A model generated the notes under the pieces. That model was not told where the DNA came from, made no database searches, and was given only the letters and a program-made list of their open reading frames with translations. A stretch of DNA of 64,000 nucleotides from positions 14,322,001 through 14,386,000 of the forward strand of contig OZ024752.1 in NCBI GenBank assembly GCA_964016885.1, written 5' to 3'. Of this stretch, positions 13,582-27,000 are shown in pieces. Every line of letters starts with the position of its first letter. The first letter of the stretch is position 1. A program made the position numbers and the translations under genes. This DNA is from Eledone cirrhosa (Eukaryota).

Positions 13582-13672
13582 GAACCAAATAAATATTTAT
13601 ATATTTAAAAAAAAATAAAACTCCAGTTGCATTTTCGATTTCATCTTTCTTTCTTTATACTTTCACTCGTGT

Positions 13673-13790
<118 letters not shown>

Positions 13791-14249
13791 CGTGAATATA
13801 CAAAAGGAAACATTTTAAATGTATTTTTTAATATGTGCATATATGGAATAGAGTTTCGAATGTTATATCAAGGATACATTACAAAGAAACTCTCAATTCA
13901 ATTGGAATTGTACCCGAAGACAAACCATATCTATATAGTTAATATTTAGCTAAAAGACGATATGATATATTTTAACTTTAAACAGAATTACATTTGTGAA
14001 AGGAGGTATTCTACAATAAGTTTCGATAAGATTTATTCAATGGAGGTTTTCAATTTTCTTACAGATATTTCCTCGAATATGTCAAAACAATAAGGCGTTT
14101 TCACTGAATAATTCTATAGATTGAGGGAAAACATTTCACAAGACGAAAAAAAATTTCAAAGAATGAACTTTATATATTGGAGAATGCCTATTGAAAAATA
14201 ACTTCTTCAGATTAATTCATAGTTGGGAAAGTATTGTGTAATGTATGCG

Positions 14250-14400
14250 CCAAAATGGCAGAATCGTTAGAACGCTGGATAGAATCATTTTGGTATTCGT
14301 TACGGCTATTTGCTATCTCACTTCAAATTCTGGTGCGGTAAACTTTGCCTTTCATACATTCGAGATCAATAAAAATGTACCAATTACGTACTGGGTCGAT
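14250..14400 (+). mobile_element. old SINE copy
   Basis: tggcagaatcgttag...ttcaaattc...aactttgcctttcatacattcgagatcaataaaaatgtacc. Confidence 0.65.
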
Positions 14401-15819
14401 CCTTCTCTATATCTCTTTCTCACTGCCATTCGCTCACTCTCTGACCTTCTCTGGAAAATATCTGCTGTACTCAGGCCTGGAGAACGATGGGCGCCGCCAT
14501 GTTTAAAAATACCCTAGTAACGCAGTATGCGAATGCGGTACCCCTACGGCTTCCCATGGAGTTACTGGATCATGCATACATTTTGTAATGGATTAACGGA
14601 ACCGTATCAGCTACCTATAAATAAGACGTGGTTATTTAACATTCTTATCATATATTTGAACGAAGTAATCTCAGTAAAAAGACAGTGAATCACGAGACTC
14701 GCGAGGATGTCGAATAAAACTCTTTACCGTGTCCCTTCTAGCTCACTGCATTCTGAATTCAAACCTCACTGAAGTCAATATTGCCTTTTATCCTTTTGAT
14801 TTTGATCATTTACTTGGGTCGATTCTAGACTATATCTCGTTATCCCTTCCGTGTCTTGCTTTCTTTCATTCGAAGATGGAGGTTGGGTCAGGAAAGGGAG
14901 AGATGGTCTCTGTCAGTTTTTAATGCCTCACACACAGCCATACTTCAAGAGGCCATCAAATAGCAAACTTAACAACTTATGTTGACTATACTACAAACAT
15001 AGTTCGAAGAGGTAGGGCAACTAACTCAATCTATTCTTTTCCTGTTATTTATTAGATTAATTGAGAATGAAAGGAAAAATAAAATACATTTCGATATGAA
15101 CTTAACGCCATCATAAATCTTTAAAGTTTATAAAATGCTATAGAAATTAATTAAATGACTATTGTATATATTTCCTAACTTCCCAAATGTCGTAATAAGT
15201 AATATAAAATATTTTGAATATTCAATAAATTTACTTTATCGATAATCTTCAAATAAGATTTTTTCGATTTGTTACATGCTTTTGTTCTACATTCTTTGTA
15301 AACATGAATTTAATTAGAAAGTGTGAAGAAAATAGCTATGATATATTGAGTCATGAATAATTTCTTTAAATTAATATTATGTAACTCTGTGATTCTATCT
15401 TATAAACATCGTCACATATTATATAATTTTTAGAATTTATGAAAGAGGTATATTATATTAATATCGGCAACCATTACTGAATGAATTCCTACATGATTGA
15501 TTAATATTGATATGGATCTGTACTGGTATAGATAATTATTAACGAAAAATGAAGTTATATATTGGTATGTACAGGCACACACCGACATATATATGGCATA
15601 TAATTATGTATTTGCATGTGCATGAAGCATGAGATGTACGTAAGTGTGTATATTATAGAAACCGATGGTGAAATGGTTGATTAACATGTTTGCTGACACC
15701 ATTGTAATGCCGTATACGATAATGTGATCATGTCAAACCAACAAAAATTTAGAAATGTTTCACTTCTAGGGTGATCTCTACATTTTTTCTAATGTTAACC
15801 AGCCTAAATGATTGTTCTT

Positions 15820-15975
15820 CTTTTGGCACAAGGCCAGCAATTACCCAGTGCATTACTGGTACTTTATTTTATCGACCCCGTAAGGATGAAAGGCAGAGTT
15901 AACCTCGATGGGATCTGAACTCATAATGGCAAAGCATGGTGTCCGACCCTCTACCAATACTGTGAATCCACCATC
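15820..15975 (-). mobile_element. SINE (main family, internal deletion)
   Basis: ggcacaaggccagcaattacccagtgcattactggtactttattttatcgaccccgtaaggatgaaaggc. Confidence 0.88.
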
Positions 15976-16324
15976 CTCCAATCTACCAATGGCGTGTCAT
16001 TACACTCAATAAATTACCCACCAATAAACCAGAGTGTGCCGTTACACACCAAAAGTAATATAACTTAGTACCTAACATTATTGAAATTTATTTAGGAAGG
16101 TAGATTCCCTGAAATTGCAGGTATCCTCATCAATAAAGTTATACCATCATTCTCTACTCTGACCGCCGGGGCCCTAGCGTCTAAACATAACAATCTTTTT
16201 CAGTTTTAACGTTATCCTCATTAGCATATTCATCTTGTGATTTGAAGTTTTCTTCACTATTCAAAGAGAACTCACAAGATTAAGTTCTAGTTTGAATATG
16301 TCACTATCTGTAAAACAATTTTTG

Positions 16325-16385
16325 TATTTTATCTGATGAGGGCGTACATTCATTTTGATACTCTTGGAATATATATAATAAAATA
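16325..16385 (+). ncRNA. hammerhead motif of the 7.9-kb family, degenerate (GGAA)
   Basis: tattttat CTGATGA...ggaatatatata ataaaata; 8-bp stem I; downstream flank matches 7640-7675. Confidence 0.5.
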
Positions 16386-16416
16386 AATATGGTTTTATAA
16401 ATATAGTTTCCATTTA

Positions 16417-16450
<34 letters not shown>

Positions 16451-16627
16451 ATACATTAACAGAGAAAGTTTTAAGCAATACTCCGACCGGCTTCCGTCTC
16501 ACTCAACAAACATTAGGATATACCTTAGTATAATCCCAATTATACGTTTGGGGTGCTAACTATACGTATTTTGCGGATAGCCAGTTGTATTATTTTATAT
16601 GAGACATAATTAAAATACATCTCTCTT

Positions 16628-16749
16628 TCCAAACGCTCGTTTCATTATAAGTTTTCTACAAATTGGGAAAATAATGTCCAGGTTATGTAGAAGCCTACAC
16701 ATAGTCCGTAGGAATATATGTAGGTGGGCACTGATAAATCATCAGTGGA
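16628..16749 (-). ncRNA. type I hammerhead with ~95-nt branched stem II
   Basis: Minus strand: tcca CTGATGA tttatcag...cttataat GAA ACGAGCGT T^ tgga; homolog of 57987-58113. Confidence 0.7.
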
Positions 16750-17226
16750 TGCCCGACAAATATCGATATAAAAAAAAAAACCTTACCGATATTAATGTTC
16801 AGCGATGGTACCCCTCCGTGCTAGAATGACCGCCAAATTTGAAATTCCAGCAGTCTCACAATGAGAAATCTCACACTTCCATCAAGCGGAAAGGGGAGGT
16901 CATCGCAAAACAAAATAATAAAATAATATGCACGCGGGTCAATTGATTCTTTCAATAATTTTAACCATGCGTGAAGAACTCATATATTTATATGGAATCT
17001 GAGTTTTTCGAATATTAATAATGATATATCAATAATGATTCGATTCGTTTGCAGTTCTGTTTACATGCCAACACTGAGCAAGAATGACGGGGTCATTCCA
17101 GTGACATGGCTTTAAAAAAGAGGATGTTTCCATAATTGCAAACGAATCGAATATTATTATTAATATTCGAAAAAGTCACATTTAATTTATTGTATTCAGC
17201 CATGTTGAGCGGTAATATAAAAAAAA

Positions 17227-17265
<39 letters not shown>

Positions 17266-17459
17266 CATAACTATAATAAAGAAAGGAGTGCGGGACAGTG
17301 TCCAGAATATATGTTTTAATCCCGTTAGTAAAATAAGTTGGATTGCTTTGAATAAATAATGAATGAATTTTATTACATGTTTCAAGATTCACTTCTTTCA
17401 AAAGATTAGGAGAAATAAAGAGAGAGTGTGTGAAGAGAGAGATACAAAGAGACTATCTG

Positions 17460-17590
<131 letters not shown>

Positions 17591-17819
17591 TTAAAACAAT
17601 GAAATACAAATTCAAGTCATTAGGAATATACTTCACTGCTTTACGATCGTTTCTAGGTGATAATAATACATCGTACGCATATTTCGTTATCGATCTATGT
17701 AAGGTTAGTTACAAAATATCAAATAAGTAATATATTTACATACGTGTATATCGTCAGCCGTTGTCATAAGCAATGAAAATGTTATTCAAAATCAATAGTA
17801 AATTGAGTTTTATGACCAC

Positions 17820-18036
17820 AGTAATTCTATTTTTAACACCATTCAACCATTCCTTTCAATAGGTCATGACCTTAACTAAAGTGAGTTATATTTCGTCTGA
17901 ACATCATATGGCAAAACACCATAAACCAATCAAATGGTGTTTTGCCATATGATGTTCAGACGAAATATAACTCACTTTAGTTAAGGTCATGACCTATTGA
18001 AAGGAATGGTTGAATGGTGTTACAAATAGAATTACT
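17820..18036. repeat. near-perfect inverted repeat, ~100-bp arms, ~11-nt spacer
   Basis: gtaattctattt..aacacca / tggtgtt..aaatagaattac with one mismatch. Confidence 0.95.
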
Positions 18037-18627
18037 ATAAGAACCTATGAAGAAAAAGGATTGTTGTATTCATAGAGGAATGTAGATAGTGGAGTGAAGT
18101 TTAAAAATGGATGTAAAAATTATATGTTGAGTTGTGTTGTATGGAGTTTTTACTTGAATATAAATAAAGAAATATAAAATAGACGGAAATAACTAGGATA
18201 AATATAGATAGGTAAAGTAATGGTCATAACTAGGAAGGATAGTATATTAAAAGATGAAAATTATAATAACATAATAAAATACAATAATATAATAATATAA
18301 TATAATGTAATATAATATAGTGCATTATGGTACATTGTATATAGAATAGTATAGCGTATGATGTATCATAAAATATAAAATAGTAAATATTTTCAAGTGG
18401 GTCTATGTATAAGTAATCCATCCCAGACAAACCAATGTTGACATATAGCCAAAACGCATAATTTTCTTAGATAACAAAAGAACATATACTCACATATATA
18501 GATAGAGGTATAATTACATAGATACTCCATTAAAAATATTCAGACGCATCCATATATATATACATACATATATACATACACGCACACATGCATACATATA
18601 AATATATATATACATACATATATATAC

Positions 18628-18673
<46 letters not shown>

Positions 18674-18715
18674 GCACATACATGTAAATACATGTACACA
18701 CACATATAAACATAT

Positions 18716-18791
<76 letters not shown>

Positions 18792-18794
18792 CTT

Positions 18795-18848
<54 letters not shown>

Positions 18849-18892
18849 AAATTAAATAAAAGTCAAATGATTAAAATTTAGCTTCGTTTATT

Positions 18893-18947
18893 ACTGCTAT
18901 ATATATTTCGGTGACAGCCATCTTTGGCTGTGACCTCTTCAGGCAGT
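18893..18947 (-). ncRNA. complete type I hammerhead ribozyme motif
   Basis: Minus strand: actgc CTGAAGA ggtcacagcca-aaga-tggctgtcacc GAA ATATATAT A^ gcagt. Confidence 0.88.
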
Positions 18948-19104
18948 TTGAATTAGTATGGTATAGACAAGTACATATGTTGTTTAGGTGTATGATATTG
19001 TCAATACTCTGATATGCCCAGTTCCTTGTTGGGTTGTTATCAGAGTATTGACAATATCATACACCTAAACAACATATGAACTTGTCTATACCATACTAAT
19101 TCAA

Positions 19105-19159
19105 ACTGCCTGAAGAGGTCACAGCCAAAGATGGCTGTCACTGAAATATATATAGCAGT
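19105..19159 (+). ncRNA. complete type I hammerhead ribozyme motif
   Basis: actgc CTGAAGA ggtcacagcca-aaga-tggctgtcact GAA ATATATAT A^ gcagt (G-U closing stem II). Confidence 0.85.
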
Positions 19160-19300
19160 AATAAACGAAGCTAAATTTTAATCATTTGACTTTTATTTAA
19201 CTTTATTTTACACTACTCCGGAGTAACCAAACCAACCTGCGCACTTCGTCGAGTGCTCCAGCCTGCATACTGAGGTGTTGGTATACAACCAACATAAACT

Positions 19301-19336
<36 letters not shown>

Positions 19337-19549
19337 TCTTATCATACATACATAGATACATGTATACCCATACAATTACAGGTGGTTATGTACCTTGATT
19401 CCCTTAGTCAGTAACGCATAAATCAATTGAAGCTAAAAAATTAAAAGGTTAACAAATTAACAGGAAGGCGTATAATTAAGAGAAGGAGATACTATCAAAA
19501 AAGGTACGTCACATAGAACTATAGTGAGCTGCTATTTAGAATGTTAAAT

Positions 19550-21690
19550 TAGTTTTATAGGACTTAAATGTTTTTCGTATACGGTGATTACAAGCTATAA
19601 TCAGTTCTTGTCTTTTATTCAATAAATCGTCCTTAAATTTAGGAATTTCCAAGATCTCTCCGGAACATAATCTGCATTCTCTTCTGTTCCCGAGATATGG
19701 AGTTCTTTGTAGAATGGTATCCCACGATAGCTTGAAATCTACTTTTTCTCTTTATAGTTATTTACTTCTTCAGCTAAGGATGTGGTGTTAGCTAGCTTAG
19801 TATTGTTAAAACTACTAAAGTGTGCGTAATATCTTTTCTTAAATGTGTTCGATGTAGATCCTATATACGATTTGTTGGAGTGTGTAGTAGCCACAGTGCA
19901 TTTATATATTACATTATTAATCAAACTGTTGCCAATTAAGGGGCAAACGCTTCTATTTATGCAATTACAACCATACGTAAGATGGTTGTTGGAGGTACCT
20001 ACATAATTCTCATTAATCCTGGAACTATTCTTATTGTAATTAGTGTTAGAGAGAGAATTAGTGCTGCTTTGTGGGTGATTTAGTGCTGGGGTTGTATTGT
20101 GATTATGTGTTGGTGATTTGGGTGGTTGTGTTTTCCAGGTTGAAGAATTGTATTATTTGTCCTTTTATAAAGTGCAGTCTTATTTAAATTATGTTGTGGT
20201 GGTGTGGTCATATTATTTTTAAATTTATAAAAGTTGTAGTTGCTTATTTTCTGTTGGAGATTGTTTGATGTAGAGTATGAGAATTTAACAGTATATCTGT
20301 TAAATATTTGGTGGTATCTGTGGTTTGGTGGAAAATGTTTATGTTGAATTTCGAAGAACTTTTGGGGGATTTTCCCAATAGTTTGCAGGTTGAAGGGTGC
20401 GTTGTACCATGTTATGTTTCTTTTGTGGTTTTTAGTTAATTTCTTCTTCTCACTTATAATAAAGTGCCGTGTTCTAGAAGAGTTCCTATGGTCAGTATTT
20501 GTATTAGTGGATTTTGGTAAATTGTAGTGGTTGTATTTGGTGTTATTATTGGGTAGATTATGAGATTTTGAGTGCTTGGTATTCATATGTGAGTTGTTAA
20601 CATTGGTCATAGATCATGTAGTAATAGTTGTTGTGGTTTTTCGGTTGTTTGGTGTGATATGAATAACACCATTAGGCATTTATTTCGATGGTATTCTTTG
20701 GTGTTTGTAGTTTTTGCTAGATTTTGTAATATGGTCCATAGTAGTGTTGGGGATATATGAAATTTTTTTCTTTATATCCACTTATAGTTAGGGCCTCGTT
20801 GTAAAAGGGTGCATTTTTATAAAATATATCCTCATTGGAAGACAATTTAGAAAGTCGAAGAGATATGTTATATACTAAGTTTTTTAGTATAGAGCCTGGG
20901 TGGTTAGAGCGTGAATGTATATAGTGTAGATTCTGGTTGGGTTTGTGGTAAGGTCGATAAATATTCGTAGAGAGGTCTAAGGTAATGTCAAGGAAGTTAG
21001 CTACAATTGAGGTATTTTCAAAGGTGATATTAAGGTTGTAATAGTCCTTGAAGAATTTTCTAATTTGTTTTTTTGTTTTTTTCTATATTAGAATTGCTAA
21101 GATAGTTAGATATCGATAGACAATCATCCCGATAAAGACCACCTTTGAGGTAGGGAAAAGAGGAATGAATATTATAGAGGAGAAATAGTCCAGCGAGGTC
21201 TGTAACTTAAGCAGAGTCCATGAATCCCATTGTTATATCGAATAAGTTGTTATATGTGTTTCTTGTCCAGTGTACTTCTTGGAAGGTTAGTAAGGTTTTT
21301 CTAGCGTGTGTTATGATTTTAGTTTCCTCAGTAGATAAATCCATAATGGAAGTGTTAAAAGTTTTCTAATCTGCGGGATGATTCAATCAATAATGTTCTT
21401 GTTGATAGTACCGATATCAGATTTTGATGGGCATATCAGTCTAATAGATGGGTTCTAATTAAAGTCAGATTTGTGGTCCTTCAGGTTGAAGTGCGGGCTT
21501 TTAGGGGTGAATGACTCCGTCATATCTTCAATATGGAGTTTCTTTTACTATATCGCATGATGTGTTGTTCAAGGATGTCAGTGCGGTGGTGCTGGTTTTC
21601 TTGTAGTTTTTTCTAAGTTCTTTATAAATGAACTTGTTATATTTATCGATGTCTAGTGAAATAGAACTTTCGCTGTTTATAAACAAAGCA
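19550..21690 (-). mobile_element. Penelope-like element, disrupted RT and GIY-YIG ORF
   Basis: GGLYRDDCL at ~21120-21145; RNITWYNAPFN, HFPPNHRYHQIFNRYTVKFSYS (ORF 20080-20610); NNVIYKC..SYIGSTSNTFKKRYYAH (ORF 19739-19924). Confidence 0.92.
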
Positions 21691-21875
21691 CATTTTCAAA
21701 ACAACGCCAAGCTCTGTATCTTTATATATATATATATAGAGAGATAGAGAGATAAAGAGAGAGGGAGGGGGAGAAAGGGGGATGAAGAATTGGGATGTTT
21801 TTCAACGCACTGATGTGTAATTGTGTGCGTATGTGTACGTGTGTGCGTATGTGCATGTACATACATTACAATCAG

Positions 21876-22583
21876 GTAATATACACATCTAGGACCACAT
21901 ACGACACACAAGCAGATAATACACACATCTAGGACCACATAAAACACACAAGCAGATAATACACACATCTAGGACCACATAAAACACACAAGAAGATAAT
22001 ACACACATCTAGGACCACATACAGCATACAAGCAGGTAAAACACACATCTAGGACCACATACAACACACAAGCAGAAAATACATACATCTAGGACCACAT
22101 ACAACACACAAGCAGATAATAGATACTAGGACCACATACAACACTCGAGTAGGTAATACACGTATCTAGGACCACATACAACACACAAGCAGATAATACA
22201 CAGATCTAGGACCACATACAACACTCGAGTAGGTAATACACACATCTAGGACTACATACAACACACAAGCAGATAATACACACATCTAGGACCATATACA
22301 CCAAACCAGCCAGTAACACACACATCTAGGACCACATGCAACACACCAGCCAGTAATACACACATCTTGGACCACATACAACACACAAGCATGTAATACA
22401 CACATCTAGGGCAACATATAACACACAACCAGATAATACTCACATCTAGGACCACATACAACACACCAGCCAGTAATACACACATCTAGGACCTCATACA
22501 ACACACAAGCAGATAATACACACATCTAGGACCACATACAGCACACAACCAGGTAATACATACATCTAGGACCACATACAACA
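21876..22583. repeat. 40-bp minisatellite, ~18 copies
   Basis: Unit taatacacacatctaggaccacatacaacacacaagcaga; aggaccacat recurs at 21891, 21931, 21971, 22011... Confidence 0.95.
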
Positions 22584-23177
22584 AAGGGCAGGTGGAAGAG
22601 GTGGACAAACGTGCCCCTACTAGCGCAAAAGATAACAATATCGCGGGAAATACTGGGAAACCTCTCTAATACTTTTTGAGGCCAGCCAGTACCTCACAGC
22701 GTTACCTCGGGTGAAGGCGAGGCTGAGGTACTGCAACAACGAAGCGCCTTCACGAGCTTCACTAATTACCACTATTAGGTGGGCCGCCAGTGAAGATAAG
22801 AATCTGCAGTCAGTAGCCCGACTTCCCCAAACATCTCGAACGCCAGAGGCTGGAAAATGTAGTTAACCAGCAGATCACCGTATTTTAGGATTTTGTTCTG
22901 ATCAGCTGCGGTTGCTGTGGCTCTCGCCCTTACTGCTGCATCCAGGATGTGGAAGAAGAAAAAGAGTCACTAACTGTGATGTCCCAGACAAGGCATATGC
23001 CTCTTGACCAGGATCACAGGGTAAGACCGTCAGGTCTTTTCCCATCCATTCTGGACAAGCCAGACGGTTTCAAAATTGAGGCGATGTTTGCCCAGGCCAA
23101 AGCTCTTCAGTGGTAACAGAACAGTGTGTGTATGTGCGCGCGCGTGAGTTTGTCGGCATTTTAAAATTAGAGACGTG

Positions 23178-23219
<42 letters not shown>

Positions 23220-23287
23220 GTGGAACACTGGAAGGTAATGTCCGTAGTGGTAGAGCACTCAGTCCAAGGGACGAGTTAGGTAGAAGT

Positions 23288-23462
23288 GGTTACACAACAG
23301 TTAGTTCGCTATACTGAGAACAAATGCTTCACCTTAGCGGATCTTCAGCTCGGGATGTGCATGGTTGTAACAGCTGTTCCTATAACTATGCACACCCCGA
23401 GCTGAAGATCCGCTAAGGTGAAACAATTGTTCTCGGTATGGTGAACTAACTGTTGTGTAACC
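23288..23462. repeat. inverted repeat with a hammerhead in each arm
   Basis: ggttacacaacagttagttc..cttcagctcggg / cccgagctgaag..gaactaactgttgtgtaacc; lies between (TA)n tracts. Confidence 0.9.
23397..23436 (+). ncRNA. complete minimal type I hammerhead ribozyme motif
   Basis: ccgag CTGAAGA t-cc-gctaa-gg-t GAA ACAATTGT T^ ctcgg; degenerate antisense copy at 23314-23353. Confidence 0.82.
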
Positions 23463-23464
23463 AG

Positions 23465-23504
<40 letters not shown>

Positions 23505-23689
23505 GTGTGTGCGTGTCATATATATGTGTGTGTGTGTGTGTCATATATTTATATGTGTGTGAATGTGTCACCGTTTTCACGAGACATATATGTGTGAAAC
23601 CCATTCCTTCCTTTTACACACACATACAACACAAAAACAAACACAAACACACACATTGTATGACGGAGGGATGGACAGAAGTCGCTCAA

Positions 23690-24345
23690 ATTTATATACA
23701 TGTGAATGGAGTTCCACTGAAGCAGGTGGAGAAGTTCAAGTGTCTCGGGGCCGTGTTCATGAGTGATGGAAGGCAGCAGGCTGAATTAAGTGCAAGAATT
23801 GCAAAAGTTGATGCAGTACTGCGCCAGCTTCAGCATTCAGTAATTAGAATGGAGGTAGGTGTAAAAGCCAAACTCGCTGTCTTCCTGGTATTCCTGCCAA
23901 CCCTTACCGAGAGTCATGAATCTTGCGTAATGACCGAAAGAATACAATTGCAAATACAAGCAGCAGGAATGGGATTCTTCAGAAGGGTCTTTGGAGTAAC
24001 GTTACTCGATAAAGGGCATAGCTCGGAGACCAGAGAGTCACTCCTGGTAGAGCCGCTACTTCTCCAGATTGAGAGATTACAGCTCCGATACTATGGGCAT
24101 GTGGTTAGAATGTCTCAGGAAAGAATCGCTGGACACATTTTACCGGCAAAACCAACCGGCTAAAGAGCCAGAGCTAAACCCCGAGCAAGATAGTTGGATA
24201 ACAACCATGAGCTTGGTTGGTCACGCTATGGGATCTAGCTGGATCAGTTGGAGATGTTTGCTTCTGACAGACTAAATGAAAAGAGTGTTTGAGGAGGAAT
24301 CTCCTCCCACGACCTTCTCAGAAATCAATGGGCGAAGAAGAAGAT
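23690..24345 (+). mobile_element. RTE-clade LINE 3' fragment
   Basis: VNGVPLKQVEKFKCLG...IERLQLRYYGHVVRMSQERI (post-RT RTE motifs); ends in gaagaagaaga. Confidence 0.85.
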
Positions 24346-25624
24346 ATTGTCAATTTACTTTTCAATTTACACATGATATCTATAAGCATATATATTTGCA
24401 TATAAAACCAATACGCACACTACATACGCTAGCAGAAAACCGGGAGACGCGCGGTTTTTCTGCTAGTATATATACATAAATCATGGCTTCAGCCGGATAG
24501 CTGGAACAGGTAAAACAGTAAAAAGAGTAATCGCGTGCGTTTCCCCTACCTATTTCTCTTCTCTCCACTTTCTTGACCTCAGGAAAATTACCCGTAGCCC
24601 CAGTTCCTTCTTCTGCTGGACATGATCAGTGTAAACATCACTTTTAAAAATGTTCTCTATAGAAAATAGCGTTACCCACTACAACTATTAATATATTTTA
24701 TGATGAAGATTAATAAGAAACGACTAAGGAGACTACAAGCAATGTTATCTATAAATAATGTTTGCCTATAAAGTTTATAAAATTTAAATACTTTAAGAAT
24801 ATTGCCAGTGCTGTGTAGAAGCGAACATAAATAAACTGAGAGTAAATATCGTTCAGTAATTTACAAGTAAATTACTTGTTGAAAACCAAATTCAGATATT
24901 TGTACAACTTCACTCATTCAAAGGAAGTGAACATTGCATGGAATCCTTATAGATTATTTAATGGATGGTCCATATCAATTTCCGAGGTGTAATTGTCAAA
25001 CTGCAACGAAGAAAGATCTCATTTTATTTGTGGGCTCTGATAATGGACAACCTTTCCACTATTCACATATTCCAACTTAGTGAAGGCAATTAACCTATAG
25101 TTTTGCAAACAAGCCAAGTTGTAGACGACTATTACATTTTTATTTATCTTTTCTCTCTTAGCTTAAAACGTTATACGTTAATTCATCTCAGTGTGTATAT
25201 GCCATTGAATAAAATATAGCATCTATATAGTGATAAGAATGTAAAACTTATTTCTATATTATTTGCTGGTGTATGAAATAGATGTTTATATTATACTGGT
25301 TATATAAACCTATTAATTATATATAATGTGATGTTTAATAACTTAAAATTTCAGCCGAATGAAAAACACAATTTCCTTATTGATGTATTTCTCTAAGCAA
25401 GACACTATATAAACGAAAACTGAATAAAAGGGGAATGGAAAGAACTAGGCGTGTATGAGAGTACATCAACTACACAAAATTAGAATGGGATTCATCAGAA
25501 CTGCTTGACGAATTCAAGTAGAGAACAGCTTTGTATTTTATATGTATGTCGATAACTTACATCGAAAGGGAAAGAATACTTGCCGAATTTTATAGTATGT
25601 AAAAATTTAGATCAATATATATGA

Positions 25625-26670
25625 AAATGAAGTGCCTTGCCAAGAGATGTAGGGAGATTGTCGACTCCAGGCTAATTGATGAACAGTAAGGTTTTGCGCC
25701 GGACGCAGCACAACCGACCACATATTCACACTGCGGTAGGTTTTTCTGAAATCGTGGGAGCACTGCTAATAGTTGTTCTCTTGCTTTGTAGACCTCGAAA
25801 AGGCATATGACTGCATTCCATGGGACATGCTGAGGAAGTTTGTGCAGGAGTATGAGAACGATATTCAGCTGCTCTTTACCCTGATATCTCTATATGAATG
25901 CCCGAGTTCCCATAAATTGTGCCAAATCAAAGCTATGCCATTCAATGTGGGAATTAGACTCCGCCATGTATACTTGATGTCATCACTCCTGTTCATTATT
26001 TTTATGAACAAGATTGACATGTGTAGACGGGCTGGAAGTGAAGGTATATAATCAGTTGTCTAAAATTTGCAGACGATATGATAATAGTTAACTCGACAGA
26101 AGGTGATCTCCGACTTGCACTTTATAAGTTTGATGCCGAGTGATGCATGGCTGGTATGAAAGTCAGTGCTGTGACATCTGAGACACCCGTTCTCGCAAGG
26201 AAGCCTGCGCAGTGCACTCTACCTGTGAATGGAATTCCAGAGAAGCTGGTGGAGTAGTTCAAGTATATTGGAGTAGTGTTTACGAGTGATGGAAAGAGGG
26301 GGGTTGGATTACACGCAAGAATTGCAGGCGCTGGGGAATTAATGCGCCAGCTTTAGCATTTGGTAATCAGTAAAAGAGAAGTGGGCATAGAATCCGAACG
26401 CGCTATCCCCAATTCGATATTCATGCCAAGCCTTACTTATACTCATGTATCTGGGTATAATGACTGATGGAATATGATCACGAATACAACTCGCCAAAAT
26501 GGGGTCTTGCGAAGGGACTTTGGAGTAACGATACTCGATAGAGTGCGTAGCTTGGTGATCAGAGAGTCGCCCCAAGTAGAGTTGTTACTTCACCGAATTG
26601 AGACATCACAACTCCGATACTATGGGTTTGGGGTTAGAATGTCTCAGGAAAAAAATCGGTGGAAAGATTT
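25625..26670 (+). mobile_element. RTE-clade LINE reverse transcriptase fragment (disrupted)
   Basis: EQ*GF, FSCFVDLEKAYDCIP, FADD at ~26066, FKYIG, QLRYYG; same family as 23690-24345. Confidence 0.85.
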
Positions 26671-26784
26671 TACGATTTTTAAATCGGTTCCTAGAATCTA
26701 TATATCGATCTATCTATCAGCCTGTCACTATCTCTCTCTCTGTCTCTCTCTCTTTTCTCTTTCTCTCGCTCTCTCTCATTATAT

Positions 26785-26822
<38 letters not shown>

Positions 26823-27000
26823 AAATGTAGAAACAATTGTTGTCAGCAAATAAATGTATAAAACTAAGATTTGATTGTTTTATATTTTGTATCTCGGCTC
26901 TGTAATACATTTGATAATTTGCATTGAGCCTTTTACCGGTAATTGGCTATCGCTTAGTACTACTCCCCATATTTATAATTATATATATTCACAACAAAAG

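Larger units (their letters stand above)
18842..19210. repeat. inverted repeat, ~170-bp arms, each arm containing a complete hammerhead
   Basis: Arms are reverse complements with ~3 mismatches; spacer ~19015-19037; begins directly after (TA)n. Confidence 0.95.

Noticed and set aside
21876-22583. CRISPR-like periodicity (constant core plus variable part)
   Set aside because: The variable parts are homologous to each other, there are no cas genes and the context is eukaryotic; it is a minisatellite
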